In this document: positions 43,503 to 52,531 of the stretch, one piece after another
Layout: every line of letters starts with the position of its first letter
Position numbering within the stretch: position 1 is the stretch's first letter
Assembly (NCBI GenBank): GCA_963752605.1
Contig: CAVVYW010000009.1
Coordinates: forward strand, 3,863 to 67,862
From: an uncultured Solirubrobacterales bacterium
GTDB taxonomy: Bacteria > Actinomycetota > Thermoleophilia > Solirubrobacterales > 70-9
Length of the DNA: 64,000 nt
Direction of reading: 5' to 3'
Notes under the pieces: model-generated
What the model was told of the DNA's origin: nothing
The model's input: the letters and a program-made list of their open reading frames with translations, nothing else
The model's database searches: none
Made by a program: the position numbers and the translations under genes

Positions 43503-44934
43503 GGTGCAGCGCGGCCGCGGTCTCGCCCGGGTCGAGCTCGCCATAGCGACGGACCGCGTCGGCGGTCGGCATCGCCTCCACCTCGACTCCCCTGTCCCGC
43601 AGCGCCTCCAGCACCGCGGCCGGCGGCTCGAGCCGCCCGTGGGCGCCGCAACCGAGGATCAGGCGGCCGGGCAACTCCTCGATTACCGGCTCGAGGTCCT
43701 CGATGGCCAGTGAATGCCCCTCTCGCCGCCACCAGTCCGGCACGACGCGATCCGGCAGCACGATCAGGTCCCTGGTGTGCTCCTCGCCGTCCACACGGAG
43801 GCTCCCGAAGCTGTAGTCGGTGAGCTGAGCCACCTCAGTAGGTGTGGAGGCGGCGACCGCCGACGTGACGGGTCCCCGCGGGCTCCCCGGGCTTCGCCTT
43901 GTCGGGGGTGGAGGGCAGCTCCTCGCTCGGGTGCCGCGGCTCACCGGGATGGCGCGGCTCACCACCCGGATGCCGCTGCTCGCTCGGCTGCGGCGGCTCG
44001 CCCGGGTGCCGCTGCTCGCTCGGGTGCTGGCTCCTCCTCGCGGCGGCGGGGTGCCGCCCAGGGCCTCCTGCCGGGCCCTCTCGACCTTCTGCCGTACCTC
44101 CTCCTCGGCGCGGCGGCGCGCGGCGGCAACGCGCTCCTCGGTCTCCCGCTGCAACCGTACGGCCTCCTGGCTCAGCTTCGCCTCCGCCTCGGCCCGGGCA
44201 CGGGCCTCGGCCTCCTTGGCCACGCGGTCGGCGAGCCTGCGCATCCGCTCCTCCGAATCCCGCCGGGCCTCGCGCTCGACCGCCTCGATGCGCTTCTGCA
44301 GCTCGGCCTTCAAGCGCTCGACCTCCCTGCTGGCGCCCTCGCCGGCGGCATCCGCCCGGTCCTCCGCGGCGAGAGCGCGCTGCTCCGCGTCGTTCAGGCG
44401 CGACGCGAGCGTCTCGGCCCTCTTCTGGGCCTCGCGAGCGCGCTGGCGCGCTTCCCCGATCGCGGCCTGGGCGCGCTCGGCCATCTGCCTCTTCATGGCC
44501 TCCATCGCCTGTTCGGCCTGCTCGCGGATCTGCCGCTGCTGCTGTTCAGCCCGGCCCGCCCGCTTCTCGACCTCGGCGAGCTTCCGCTTCAGGCCCTCGG
44601 TCTCGGGGTCCGGTCCGGCCCGCCCCTCCGCTGCGGTGGCTCTCTCGGCTGCCTCGCGAACCGCCCCCTTGGCCTTGGCCACGGCCCTCTCTTCCGTTTG
44701 CTTTGCCAGCTTGATCGCTTCGTCCGCCTCGCGCTGGGCCTCCTCCGCGGCGAGCCGCGCCTGCGCCGCCGCCTCTCGGGAGGCCGCCTCGCGCGCGCGA
44801 AGCTCCTCCACCAGCTCCGATGCCTTTCCGCGAAAGCGCTCGGTCGCCTCCCGGGCGCTGTCGATCTCGGCCCTGATCAGCTCGGCGTCCAGCTCCTCGC
44901 GCTTGTGCTCCTCGCGCTTGTGCTCCTCGGACAT
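43492..44934 (-). CDS. long E/A/R coiled-coil region plus C-terminal Mth938-like (DUF498) domain; may be two genes
   Basis: One open frame of 480 aa. The last 113 aa (from the GTG at 43833, VAQLTDYSFGSLRVDGEEHTRDLIVLP...) form a complete Mth938-type domain. The linker at 43840-44040 reads better in another frame, which stops at 43835-43837. Confidence 0.6.
   Translation of the reverse strand: MSEEHKREEHKREELDAELIRAEIDSAREATERFRGKASELVEELRAREAASREAAAQARLAAEEAQREADEAIKLAKQTEERAVAKAKGAVREAAERATAAEGRAGPDPETEGLKRKLAEVEKRAGRAEQQQRQIREQAEQAMEAMKRQMAERAQAAIGEARQRAREAQKRAETLASRLNDAEQRALAAEDRADAAGEGASREVERLKAELQKRIEAVEREARRDSEERMRRLADRVAKEAEARARAEAEAKLSQEAVRLQRETEERVAAARRRAEEEVRQKVERARQEALGGTPPPRGGASTRASSGTRASRRSRASSGIRVVSRAIPVSRGTRARSCPPPPTRRSPGSPRGPVTSAVAASTPTEVAQLTDYSFGSLRVDGEEHTRDLIVLPDRVVPDWWRREGHSLAIEDLEPVIEELPGRLILGCGAHGRLEPPAAVLEALRDRGVEVEAMPTADAVRRYGELDPGETAAALHLTC
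44893..44930. repeat. 15-bp tandem repeat CTCCTCGCGCTTGTG, about 2.5 copies (encodes EEHKREEHKRE)
   Basis: Identical units at 44893-44907 and 44908-44922, plus a partial third unit. Confidence 0.85.
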
Positions 44935-44935
44935 C

Positions 44936-46627
44936 TCAGCCCCCCGACTTCTCCGTCTCGGCAGCCTCGTGCTCCGCCAGCTCGCGCTTCAGGACCTTCC
45001 CGGTGGCGTTGCGGGGCAGCTCGTCGAGGAAGACGATCTCCCGCGGCACCTTGTACCGGGCGAGGTTCGCCTTCACGTGGGACTTCAGCTCATCCTCGCT
45101 GACGCCGATGTCGTCGTTGGTCACCACGAAGGCCCGAAGGCGCTGGCCGAATTCCTCGTCCTCGACCCCGATCGCGGCCACCTCCGCGACGGCCTCGTGG
45201 TCGGAGAGCAGGTCCTCGACCTCGCGCGGGAACACGTTCTCCCCGCCGGAGACGATCATCTCGTCGTCGCGGCCGTCGATGAACAGGCGGCCATCCTCGT
45301 CGAAGTGACCCACGTCGCCGGAGGAGAGCAGGTCCCCCACGGCCTCCTTGCCGCCGCCGCCGGTGTATCCCTCGAAGGCCATCTCGTTGCCGACGAAGAT
45401 CCGGCCGGTCTCGCCCTGCGGCATCTCCTCCCCCTCCTCGTCGAGGATCTTCACCACGGTGCCATGCGGAGGCTTGCCGGCGGTCCCGGGCGCGGCGCGC
45501 ATGTCCTCGGGGGTGGCGATGGTCGCCCAGGCGACCTCGGTCGAGCCGTAGAGGTTGCAGAGGTTGTCGCCGAACTCGTCCATCCACCTGGTGGCGAGCT
45601 CTCCGGGGAGGGCGGATCCACTCGCGGCGGTCACCTCGAGGCGCGAGAGGTCGTAACGGCGCCGCACCTCCTCCGGTAGCTGGAGGATGCGCTGCATCAT
45701 CACCGGCACCACCGCGAGCACCCTCGCCCGGTGCTCGGCGGTAGCCCGCAGCGTGTCCTCGGGATCGAAGCGCCGGCGCAGCACCAGGGTCGAGGCGGTG
45801 GGCAGGCCCAAAATGAAGTGCGTGAAGCCCCAGGAGTGGAACAGGGGCGCGGCGATCATCGAGGTCTGGCGGCGGCGCAGCGGCATCTTCGAGAGCAGCG
45901 CCGCCAGCGTGCCGAGCCCCTCGGGCTGGCTCCGCTGGGCGCCCTTCGGAGTGCCGGTTGTCCCGGAGGTCAGGATGATGAAGCGGCCGTGCTCCTCCGG
46001 CGGGTCGAGGTCGTCGCTCGACGAGGCCGAGATCAGCTCCTCCAGGGTCGGATGCTCGGCCTGTGCGCCCTCCTCCCGCTCCTCCCAGGCGATGAACCGC
46101 GGGACGTCGGGCCCGGCGTCGGAGAGCAGCTCCTCGAACTCCTGGTCGTAGATCAGGACCGCGGGGTCCTCCCGTGCCAGGACATCCTTGAGCTGCGGCC
46201 CGGCGAAGGCGGTGTTGAGGTAGAGCGCGACCGCTCCCAGCTTCGAGGCGGCCAGCGTCGCGTCAACGAAGTAGCGGTGGTTGCGGCACATGATCGCAAC
46301 GCCATCCCCGAGCCCGACGCCCTCGTCGCGCAGGGCGCGGGCGAGCGCGTTCGATCGCTCGTGCACTTGCGAGAAGGTGAGCGTCCCGGCCTCGTCGATG
46401 ATCGCCGTCTCGTCCGGGTAGCTGATGGCGCAGGCGGCCGCCCCGAGCGCCGGCGAGGTGCCCAGTCGCACGTAGCGCTCGGCAATCCGCACCAGTCGAT
46501 CCGGCCGCATCGGCCGCAGGATCCCCGCCTCGGCCAGGACCTTGGCCTCCCAGAGCCCTTCCACAATGCGTCCCGGGACCCGCGAGGCGACTCCCAGGAG
46601 GCCGGGTCTGGACGACTCGTCAGCCAT
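44936..46627 (-). CDS. AMP-dependent acyl-CoA synthetase/ligase (FadD-like)
   Basis: 563 aa. AMP-binding motif ILTSGTTGTPKGA and the late motifs GDVGHFDEDGRLFIDGR and PRNATGKV. Confidence 0.95.
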   Translation of the reverse strand: MADESSRPGLLGVASRVPGRIVEGLWEAKVLAEAGILRPMRPDRLVRIAERYVRLGTSPALGAAACAISYPDETAIIDEAGTLTFSQVHERSNALARALRDEGVGLGDGVAIMCRNHRYFVDATLAASKLGAVALYLNTAFAGPQLKDVLAREDPAVLIYDQEFEELLSDAGPDVPRFIAWEEREEGAQAEHPTLEELISASSSDDLDPPEEHGRFIILTSGTTGTPKGAQRSQPEGLGTLAALLSKMPLRRRQTSMIAAPLFHSWGFTHFILGLPTASTLVLRRRFDPEDTLRATAEHRARVLAVVPVMMQRILQLPEEVRRRYDLSRLEVTAASGSALPGELATRWMDEFGDNLCNLYGSTEVAWATIATPEDMRAAPGTAGKPPHGTVVKILDEEGEEMPQGETGRIFVGNEMAFEGYTGGGGKEAVGDLLSSGDVGHFDEDGRLFIDGRDDEMIVSGGENVFPREVEDLLSDHEAVAEVAAIGVEDEEFGQRLRAFVVTNDDIGVSEDELKSHVKANLARYKVPREIVFLDELPRNATGKVLKRELAEHEAAETEKSGG

Positions 46628-46636
46628 GACCGAAGC

Positions 46637-47104
46637 TTACGAGTCTCCCGTCTCCACCAGGACAACCGCCGTGCAGGCGATGCCCTCGCCACGCCCGATC
46701 GCGCCCATGCCATCGTTGGTCGTGGCCTTGACGCTCACTGGCGCCGAGAGCGCCTCGCCCAGGCGTGCTTCCATCTCGGCGCGGTGCGGAGCCAGCTTCG
46801 GCTCCTCGCAGATCACCGTCGCGTCAACGTTCAGCGGGCGCCCCGGGAGCCTGCCCAGCACCACCCGAAGCAGGTCGAATGAGTCGGCGTCGCGCCACTC
46901 CTCCTCGCCGGGAGGGAAGAGCTCGCCGAGGTCGCCGAGGCCGCAGGAGCCGAGCAGGGCGTCGATCACCGCGTGGGTGAGCACGTCGGCGTCGGAGTGG
47001 CCGGCGAGCCCGCGGTCGGCCTCGATCTCGACACCGCCGATCACCAGCGACTCGCCCTCCTCCAGGCGGTGGCTGTCGTAGCCGATCCCGACCCTAGGCG
47101 CCAT
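46637..47104 (-). CDS. ispF: 2-C-methyl-D-erythritol 2,4-cyclodiphosphate synthase
   Basis: 155 aa. Motifs IGYDSHRL and GHSDADVLTHA. Confidence 0.95.
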   Translation of the reverse strand: MAPRVGIGYDSHRLEEGESLVIGGVEIEADRGLAGHSDADVLTHAVIDALLGSCGLGDLGELFPPGEEEWRDADSFDLLRVVLGRLPGRPLNVDATVICEEPKLAPHRAEMEARLGEALSAPVSVKATTNDGMGAIGRGEGIACTAVVLVETGDS

Positions 47105-47939
47105 CGACCCTCACTCCCTCGAGGGGCTCGAGCCGGCGCTCGCGGCCCTCGAAGACGCAGATCCGCTCGACCCCGAGGTCGGAGAGGAACTCGACCGCCC
47201 GCTCGTAGGCGAACCCGACCTGATCGGGGGTGTGCGCGTCCGAGGAGAGACAGAACTCCGCTCCAGCCTCGACGCACATCTCCGCGAGAGCCGGCGACGG
47301 ATAGATCTCGCCCACCGGCTTGCGGAGTCCGGCGGTCGAGACCTCCACCGCGATCCCGGATTCGGCGATCGCCTCCACCGCCGGCTCGTAGAAGAACCGC
47401 AGGTCCCCCTCGGGAACCGGCCGGCCCGAGCCCCAGACCTTGACCAGGTCGGGGTGGGCGAGGATGTCGTAGAGGCCGCTGCGCGCCGCCTCGGCGAGCG
47501 TCTCGAAGTAGCGGCGCCAGACGGCGTCGGGGTCGCCGTTCGACTGCCAGGCGTCAAAGCCCTCGTGGTCCACGGCCACGTCGCCGATGAAGTGGACCGA
47601 GCCGACCACGTAGTCGAAGGAGCGCGCCTCGAGCAGGTTGGCGATGCGATCCTCGGCGCCCGGGATGAAGTCGGCCTCGATCCCCAGCTTCAGCGGAGTG
47701 GTGGCGACGAACTCGCAGTAGGCGTCGAGATCGTCAACCGCCTGCTCGTACCAGAACGGGTGGCGCCAGACGTCGAGAGCCTGTGTGAAGCGGTGGATGT
47801 GCTCGGAGACCCCGAGCTCGGCGATCCCGTGCTCCTCGGCCGCGGCGAGGTAACGGTCAACGTTCTCCTCGGTGAAGTGCTCCTCGGCGGTCGCGCCGAG
47901 GTCGTCCGGCCGTAGGTGCAGGTGATAGTCCGTGAGCAT
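47094..47939 (-). CDS. PHP-family histidinol-phosphatase-like protein (HisJ/HisK type)
   Basis: 281 aa. DYHLHL at the N-terminus, GSVH in the middle, and SSDAH late in the sequence. Confidence 0.85.
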   Translation of the reverse strand: MLTDYHLHLRPDDLGATAEEHFTEENVDRYLAAAEEHGIAELGVSEHIHRFTQALDVWRHPFWYEQAVDDLDAYCEFVATTPLKLGIEADFIPGAEDRIANLLEARSFDYVVGSVHFIGDVAVDHEGFDAWQSNGDPDAVWRRYFETLAEAARSGLYDILAHPDLVKVWGSGRPVPEGDLRFFYEPAVEAIAESGIAVEVSTAGLRKPVGEIYPSPALAEMCVEAGAEFCLSSDAHTPDQVGFAYERAVEFLSDLGVERICVFEGRERRLEPLEGVRVDGA

Positions 47940-47959
47940 CCGCGAGTACGCTAGCCGCG

Positions 47960-48976
47960 ATGGTCCACCTGCGGATCGTGGTGCCCAGCCACAACGCCGA
48001 GCACGCCCTCGACCTGCTCTGCGGGACGCACTCGGTGATCAACGTCATCTACCTCCCTGGGGTGTCCCACAAGCCGGAGGGCGACGTGATCCTCTGCGAC
48101 GTCGCCCGCGAGGACGCGAGCGTGGTCGTCGGCGATCTGAAGGAGTTCGGCATCCAGGAGGAGGGATCGATCGCGATCGAGGACATCGACTCGCTGATCG
48201 CCGATGCCGCCGAGCGGGCCGAGGAGGCAGCGAAGGGTGCGCCCTCCGACGCCGTCGTCTGGGAGGAGGTCGAGGCCCGGACTTCGGAGAACACGGAGCT
48301 CTCGGTCAGCTTCCTCCTGTTCATGGTGCTCGCCTGCCTGATCGCGTCGGTCGGGGTGATCCTCGATTCCCCGATCCTGATCATCGGCGCCATGGTCGTC
48401 GGCCCCGAGTTCGGGCCGCTCGCGGGCTTCTGCGTGGCCGTCGTGGAGCGCCGGCCGAAGCTCGTCAAGCGCTCGCTGCTGCCGCTGGTGGTCGGCTTCC
48501 CCCTGGGGATGACGGCTGCCTTCCTGTTCACGCTGGTGATCGACACGGTCGGCCTGACACCCGAGGGCTTTTCAGCCTCCGTCCATCCGAACACGCAGTT
48601 CATCTCCCACCCTGACGCGTTCTCCTACATCGTCGCCACCTTCGCCGGCATCGCCGGGGTCCTCTCGCTGACCAGCACGAAGTCGGGAGCCCTGGTGGGC
48701 GTCCTGATCTCGGTCACCACCATTCCCGCTGCCGCCAACATCGGTGTCGCCGCCGCCTACGGCGACGGCGATGAATGGGCGGGGGCGATAGCCCAGCTCG
48801 CCGTCAACCTCACCGCGATCACCCTGGCCGGCATCCTCACCCTCTTCATCCAGCGGAAGCTCTACCAGCGGCGCCGGCTCGCCCACCTTCACCACGAGGC
48901 CCGCGAGGCCGCCGGGCTGCCCGTGGGCCGCAGCCGCCGCGGCCCGAGCGTGGCCGAGGCCGACTCCGGAAAGTAG
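47960..48976 (+). CDS. DUF389 domain membrane protein
   Basis: 338 aa. Soluble N-terminal domain (MVHLRIVVP...) followed by about 6 TM helices, the DUF389/TIGR00341 architecture. Confidence 0.8.
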   Translation: MVHLRIVVPSHNAEHALDLLCGTHSVINVIYLPGVSHKPEGDVILCDVAREDASVVVGDLKEFGIQEEGSIAIEDIDSLIADAAERAEEAAKGAPSDAVVWEEVEARTSENTELSVSFLLFMVLACLIASVGVILDSPILIIGAMVVGPEFGPLAGFCVAVVERRPKLVKRSLLPLVVGFPLGMTAAFLFTLVIDTVGLTPEGFSASVHPNTQFISHPDAFSYIVATFAGIAGVLSLTSTKSGALVGVLISVTTIPAAANIGVAAAYGDGDEWAGAIAQLAVNLTAITLAGILTLFIQRKLYQRRRLAHLHHEAREAAGLPVGRSRRGPSVAEADSGK

Positions 48977-49083
48977 CCGGGCCTCCAGCGCCGGCCGGAC
49001 GGCCTTGTTGCGCCGGTGCTAATTTTGGGTATGAGCCGTCCAGGAGCCGGCTCATCGAAGGGCAAGCCAAGGAGGGTGACCCC

Positions 49084-49935
49084 ATGAAGCGATTCGTACG
49101 AACGCTCCTCATCTCTCTACCCCTGCTGATCGTTGTGTTCGCGGCCTCGCCCGCGCTCGCCGAGAAGCCGGACAGGAACGCTCCAGTCCAGGTGGCGCTG
49201 GGCGATTCCTGGGCCGCCTCCGTCGGCGCCAGCTCACCGGCGGAAGGCTACGTCCGGCAGCTCCACCAGGTGCTGCGGGATGACCTCAACTGCCACGGCA
49301 GCGGCCCGACCCAGGCCAGCTCCGGCTGCAAGCAGCTGCGGCTGGTCGACGTGGCGATCGGCGGCGCCACCACGCCGAGCATGGTCGCCGTCCAGTTCCC
49401 GCGGGCTATTCCCCTGCTGGAGCGCCGTGATGCGACTCGCAAGCCGAACGACGACGTCGAGGTGATCACCGTCCACATCGGCGGCAACGACGTGACCAAT
49501 CCGATCATCGCCGCGTGCCTGGTGGGTGGGCTGACCCCCACCTGTGTCGGGACGATCCAGACGGAACTGGCTGCGTATCGGACCGATCTCGACGGAGCCC
49601 TTGCGACTCTGCGCGACGCGGCCGGCCCGGACGCCCGGATCGTCATCGGCACCTACGACAACCCTTTCCGATTCCCGACCTGCTTCATCGGTCAGCAGTT
49701 CCCGCAGAGCGCCCTGCTCGGCGAGCTGGTCCTCGAGGGAGGTCTGCCCGGCGTGGTCCCGAGCGGTCTCCATGACGTCATGCGGGACGTCGGCGCTGAC
49801 CACGAAGTTCGGGTGGCCGAGAGCCACGGCGACCTAGGCCCGCAGGACTGGGTCGGAGGCCTCGACTGCCTGCATCCCGTCGACTCGGGCTACGACAAGG
49901 TGACCATCGCCTTCGAGGAGGCGCTGGGAATCTGA
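49084..49935 (+). CDS. secreted SGNH/GDSL hydrolase
   Basis: AAGGAGGG lies before the ATG at 49084. Has a signal peptide and the blocks GDSWAAS, GGND and DCLHP (DxxH). Confidence 0.85.
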   Translation: MKRFVRTLLISLPLLIVVFAASPALAEKPDRNAPVQVALGDSWAASVGASSPAEGYVRQLHQVLRDDLNCHGSGPTQASSGCKQLRLVDVAIGGATTPSMVAVQFPRAIPLLERRDATRKPNDDVEVITVHIGGNDVTNPIIAACLVGGLTPTCVGTIQTELAAYRTDLDGALATLRDAAGPDARIVIGTYDNPFRFPTCFIGQQFPQSALLGELVLEGGLPGVVPSGLHDVMRDVGADHEVRVAESHGDLGPQDWVGGLDCLHPVDSGYDKVTIAFEEALGI

Positions 49936-50013
49936 TCAGATCGAGCGACTGACGGCGAGGGGCCGCTGGCTTTCTCCCTGGCCGGCGGCCCTCCCGTCGA
50001 TCCCGACGGGCGC

Positions 50014-50661
50014 CTAGCCGCGTTCGCGGAGCAGCAGCTCGGCGACCCGCAGGTCGAACGGGGTCGTCACCTTGAGGTTCTCCGGGGGCGAGGAGTGGAT
50101 CAGGACCTTGCCCCCGCGCTCCTCGACGAGCATGGCGTCGTCGGTCGCGTCCGCCAGGTCCCCGGCCTTCTCGAGGGCATCGCGCAGGGCGTCCGCCCGG
50201 AACGCCTGCGGAGTCTGCACGGCCCAGAGCCTCGAGCGGTCGAGGGTCCTCTGCACCCTCCCCTCGTCCGAGGCCTCCTTGACCGTGTCGGAGACCGCGG
50301 CCGCCGCGATCACGGCGGCGGCGTCCGGCTCGGCGGCGAGCTCCTCGACGACGGCGTCGATCAGCCCCGGCGTCACCAGAGGCCTGGCCGCGTCGTGGAC
50401 GACGACTATCTCCCCCGCAGTCAGCTCGAGGGCATTCAGGACGGACTGGGACCGGTGCTTCCCGCCGGCGACGGCGATCACCCCCAACTCCGCGATCCGC
50501 TCCTCCTCGCCGGGAGGAGCGGCGACCACGACGTCCCCGACGCTCTCGGCGGCCCGCAGGGCGTCGACCGCCCAGCCGACCATCGGCCTTCCGCCGATTT
50601 CGGCGAAGGCCTTCGGGCCGCCGGCTCCGAGCCTCTCGCCGGAGCCGGCGGCCGCGATCAC
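50014..50661 (-). CDS. ispD: 2-C-methyl-D-erythritol 4-phosphate cytidylyltransferase
   Basis: The GTG at 50661 gives VIAAAGSGERLG.... Also VHDAARPL and the TDD motif. The listed 316-aa ORF over-extends into carD. Confidence 0.9.
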   Translation of the reverse strand: MIAAAGSGERLGAGGPKAFAEIGGRPMVGWAVDALRAAESVGDVVVAAPPGEEERIAELGVIAVAGGKHRSQSVLNALELTAGEIVVVHDAARPLVTPGLIDAVVEELAAEPDAAAVIAAAAVSDTVKEASDEGRVQRTLDRSRLWAVQTPQAFRADALRDALEKAGDLADATDDAMLVEERGGKVLIHSSPPENLKVTTPFDLRVAELLLRERG

Positions 50662-50683
50662 GGCCGCAGCGGAATCCGCCTTC

Positions 50684-51262
50684 CTACGCGGTCGCCTTGG
50701 CGGCGCCGAAGCGCTCCTCCAGCAGCTCGTCCAGGTAGGCCTCCGCACCGTCCTCGTCCTTGTCGAGCGCGTACATGAACTCGGACGCGAGGATCTTCTT
50801 GGCGCGTGTGTACATCTGCTTCTCGCCGGTGGAGAGCCCCTTCTCCCACTCGCGAATGGCGAGATTGCGAACCACCTCGGCGAGCTCGAAGACATCTCCC
50901 GTCTTGATCTTCTCGCGGTTGTGCTTGAACCGGCGGTTCCAGTTCTTCGGCATCTCGGAGACATCGTCGGTCAGCACTCCGATCACCTTCTTGACCTCTT
51001 CCTCGTTGATGACGCGGCGGAGCCCGGCCCGGTGGGCGTTCTCGCAGGGCACCATCACGGTCATGTTGTTGTGGAGGATGTTGATGGTCAGGTAATCGCG
51101 CTTCTCTCCCAGCAGGTCCTTGGTCTCCCTCTTCAGGACGACTCCCGCTCCGTGATGGGGGTAGACCACGTTGTCGCCGACCTCAAAAGTGCACTCGGGC
51201 GCCTCGATCTCGAGGTCGGCTACGGACGCCTCGTCAATTACCTCCTCTGTCAGCTCGGGAAT
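50684..51262 (-). CDS. carD: CarD family transcriptional regulator; probable non-canonical (ATT) start
   Basis: The conserved N-terminus TFEVGDNVVYPHHGAG begins upstream of the first canonical start (GTG at 51169). AAGGAG-N6-ATT occurs at 51262, right after the in-frame stop. Confidence 0.85.
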   Translation of the reverse strand: MPELTEEVIDEASVADLEIEAPECTFEVGDNVVYPHHGAGVVLKRETKDLLGEKRDYLTINILHNNMTVMVPCENAHRAGLRRVINEEEVKKVIGVLTDDVSEMPKNWNRRFKHNREKIKTGDVFELAEVVRNLAIREWEKGLSTGEKQMYTRAKKILASEFMYALDKDEDGAEAYLDELLEERFGAAKATA

Positions 51263-51303
51263 GGGGTTCTCCTTTCGTCAGGACGGCCCTCGAAAGCGGA
51301 CCA

Positions 51304-52437
51304 TCAGCTCTGCAAGTACCGGTCGATAGGGTCGACCTCCTGAAGTCTGCGCAGGCCCTCCCGGATGTCCTTGGCGCGGGTCGCCCCGACGCCTTCGACA
51401 GCCTCGAGGTCCTCGTCGCTCGCCGCCAGCACCTCCTCCAGCCCGCCGAACTCCTGGATGATCCGCTGCACCACGAGCTTCGGGAGGCGGGGGATGCGGC
51501 CGAGCACGCGGTAGCCGCGGGGTGAGACGGGGAAGTCGAGTGTGGAGACCTTGCGCTCGTAGCCCAGCAGCTCCGCGAGCCGGCCGAAGTCGAGCAGGTC
51601 CTGGTGCTGCATGCGGGCGATCTGCGAGAGCGTCGTGGCCAGGTTCTCCTCGGTGTCATCGACCGAGTAGTCGCGGATCAACGCGGCCTTGTCGGCGGCG
51701 ACCCCGACCATCGTCTCCTCGAGCTGCATCTCGATCAAGCGTCCCTCGGTCCCCAGCTCGACGATGTAGCGCTCGACCTCGACCGCCATCCGCGTGACCA
51801 GCTCGGCCCGCTGCAGCACCGAGAGGGCGTCGTAGAGGACCGACCCGCCCTCGAACTCGAGCCGCGTCAGGCGGGCGGAGACCGAGTCGAGCCTGGCGCG
51901 GTACTTGTCGAGGGTGGCGAGCCCCTGATTCGCCTTGGCGAGCACCGCCGGGATGTCCTGGAGGATGTACTTCATCCCGCCCAGATAGAGCGAGACGACG
52001 TCACGGCGCTCTGAGATCGCGACGACCAAAGCGTCCGTCTGCTTCGAGACGCGCTCCGCCGTGCGGTGACGGGTGCCGGTCTCCGAAGAGAGGATCGTGG
52101 GGTCCGGCATCAGCTGGACGTTGGCGCCGACGATCTTGGTCGCCTGCTCGTTCAGAACGATCGCCCCGTCCATCTTCGCCACCTGGTAGAGCAGCGCCGG
52201 CGTGTAGTCGATGTCCAGCGTGATCCCGCCGGAGAAGAGGAAGGAGACTTCCTCGGGATCTCCGATGACGATCAGCCCGCCGCTCCGCGAGTGGACGATG
52301 TTGTCGATGCCCTCCCGCAGCGCCGTCCCCGGAGCGACGATGTCGAGAGCTCTCAGGAGGCGCGGGTCCTGTCGCGCCTCCAGCTCCTGAAGGTCGTCGC
52401 CGGAGAGCGGGGACTCCATGGAGAGTGATGTAAGCAA
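51304..52437 (-). CDS. disA: DNA integrity scanning protein DisA (diadenylate cyclase)
   Basis: DAC motifs GGLIVIGD, DGAIVL and GTRHRTAER, and a C-terminal HhH. TTG at 52437 or ATG at 52419. Confidence 0.9.
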   Translation of the reverse strand: MLTSLSMESPLSGDDLQELEARQDPRLLRALDIVAPGTALREGIDNIVHSRSGGLIVIGDPEEVSFLFSGGITLDIDYTPALLYQVAKMDGAIVLNEQATKIVGANVQLMPDPTILSSETGTRHRTAERVSKQTDALVVAISERRDVVSLYLGGMKYILQDIPAVLAKANQGLATLDKYRARLDSVSARLTRLEFEGGSVLYDALSVLQRAELVTRMAVEVERYIVELGTEGRLIEMQLEETMVGVAADKAALIRDYSVDDTEENLATTLSQIARMQHQDLLDFGRLAELLGYERKVSTLDFPVSPRGYRVLGRIPRLPKLVVQRIIQEFGGLEEVLAASDEDLEAVEGVGATRAKDIREGLRRLQEVDPIDRYLQS

Positions 52438-52531
52438 AAAGGAATCGCTCGTGATTTGCGGGCAAAGCCGTGTGGACAGGTCGGAAACCGCTTTGTCAAG
52501 TCACGCAAACGAATTGGCAGGGGGAGTCCTG

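Noticed and set aside
49936-50013. The GC-rich inverted repeat GGGCCGC...GCGGCCC between convergent genes, as a bidirectional terminator.
   Set aside because: The stem is only about 7 bp with a loop of about 20 nt and no T-tract. That is not convincing without folding energy or transcript-end data.
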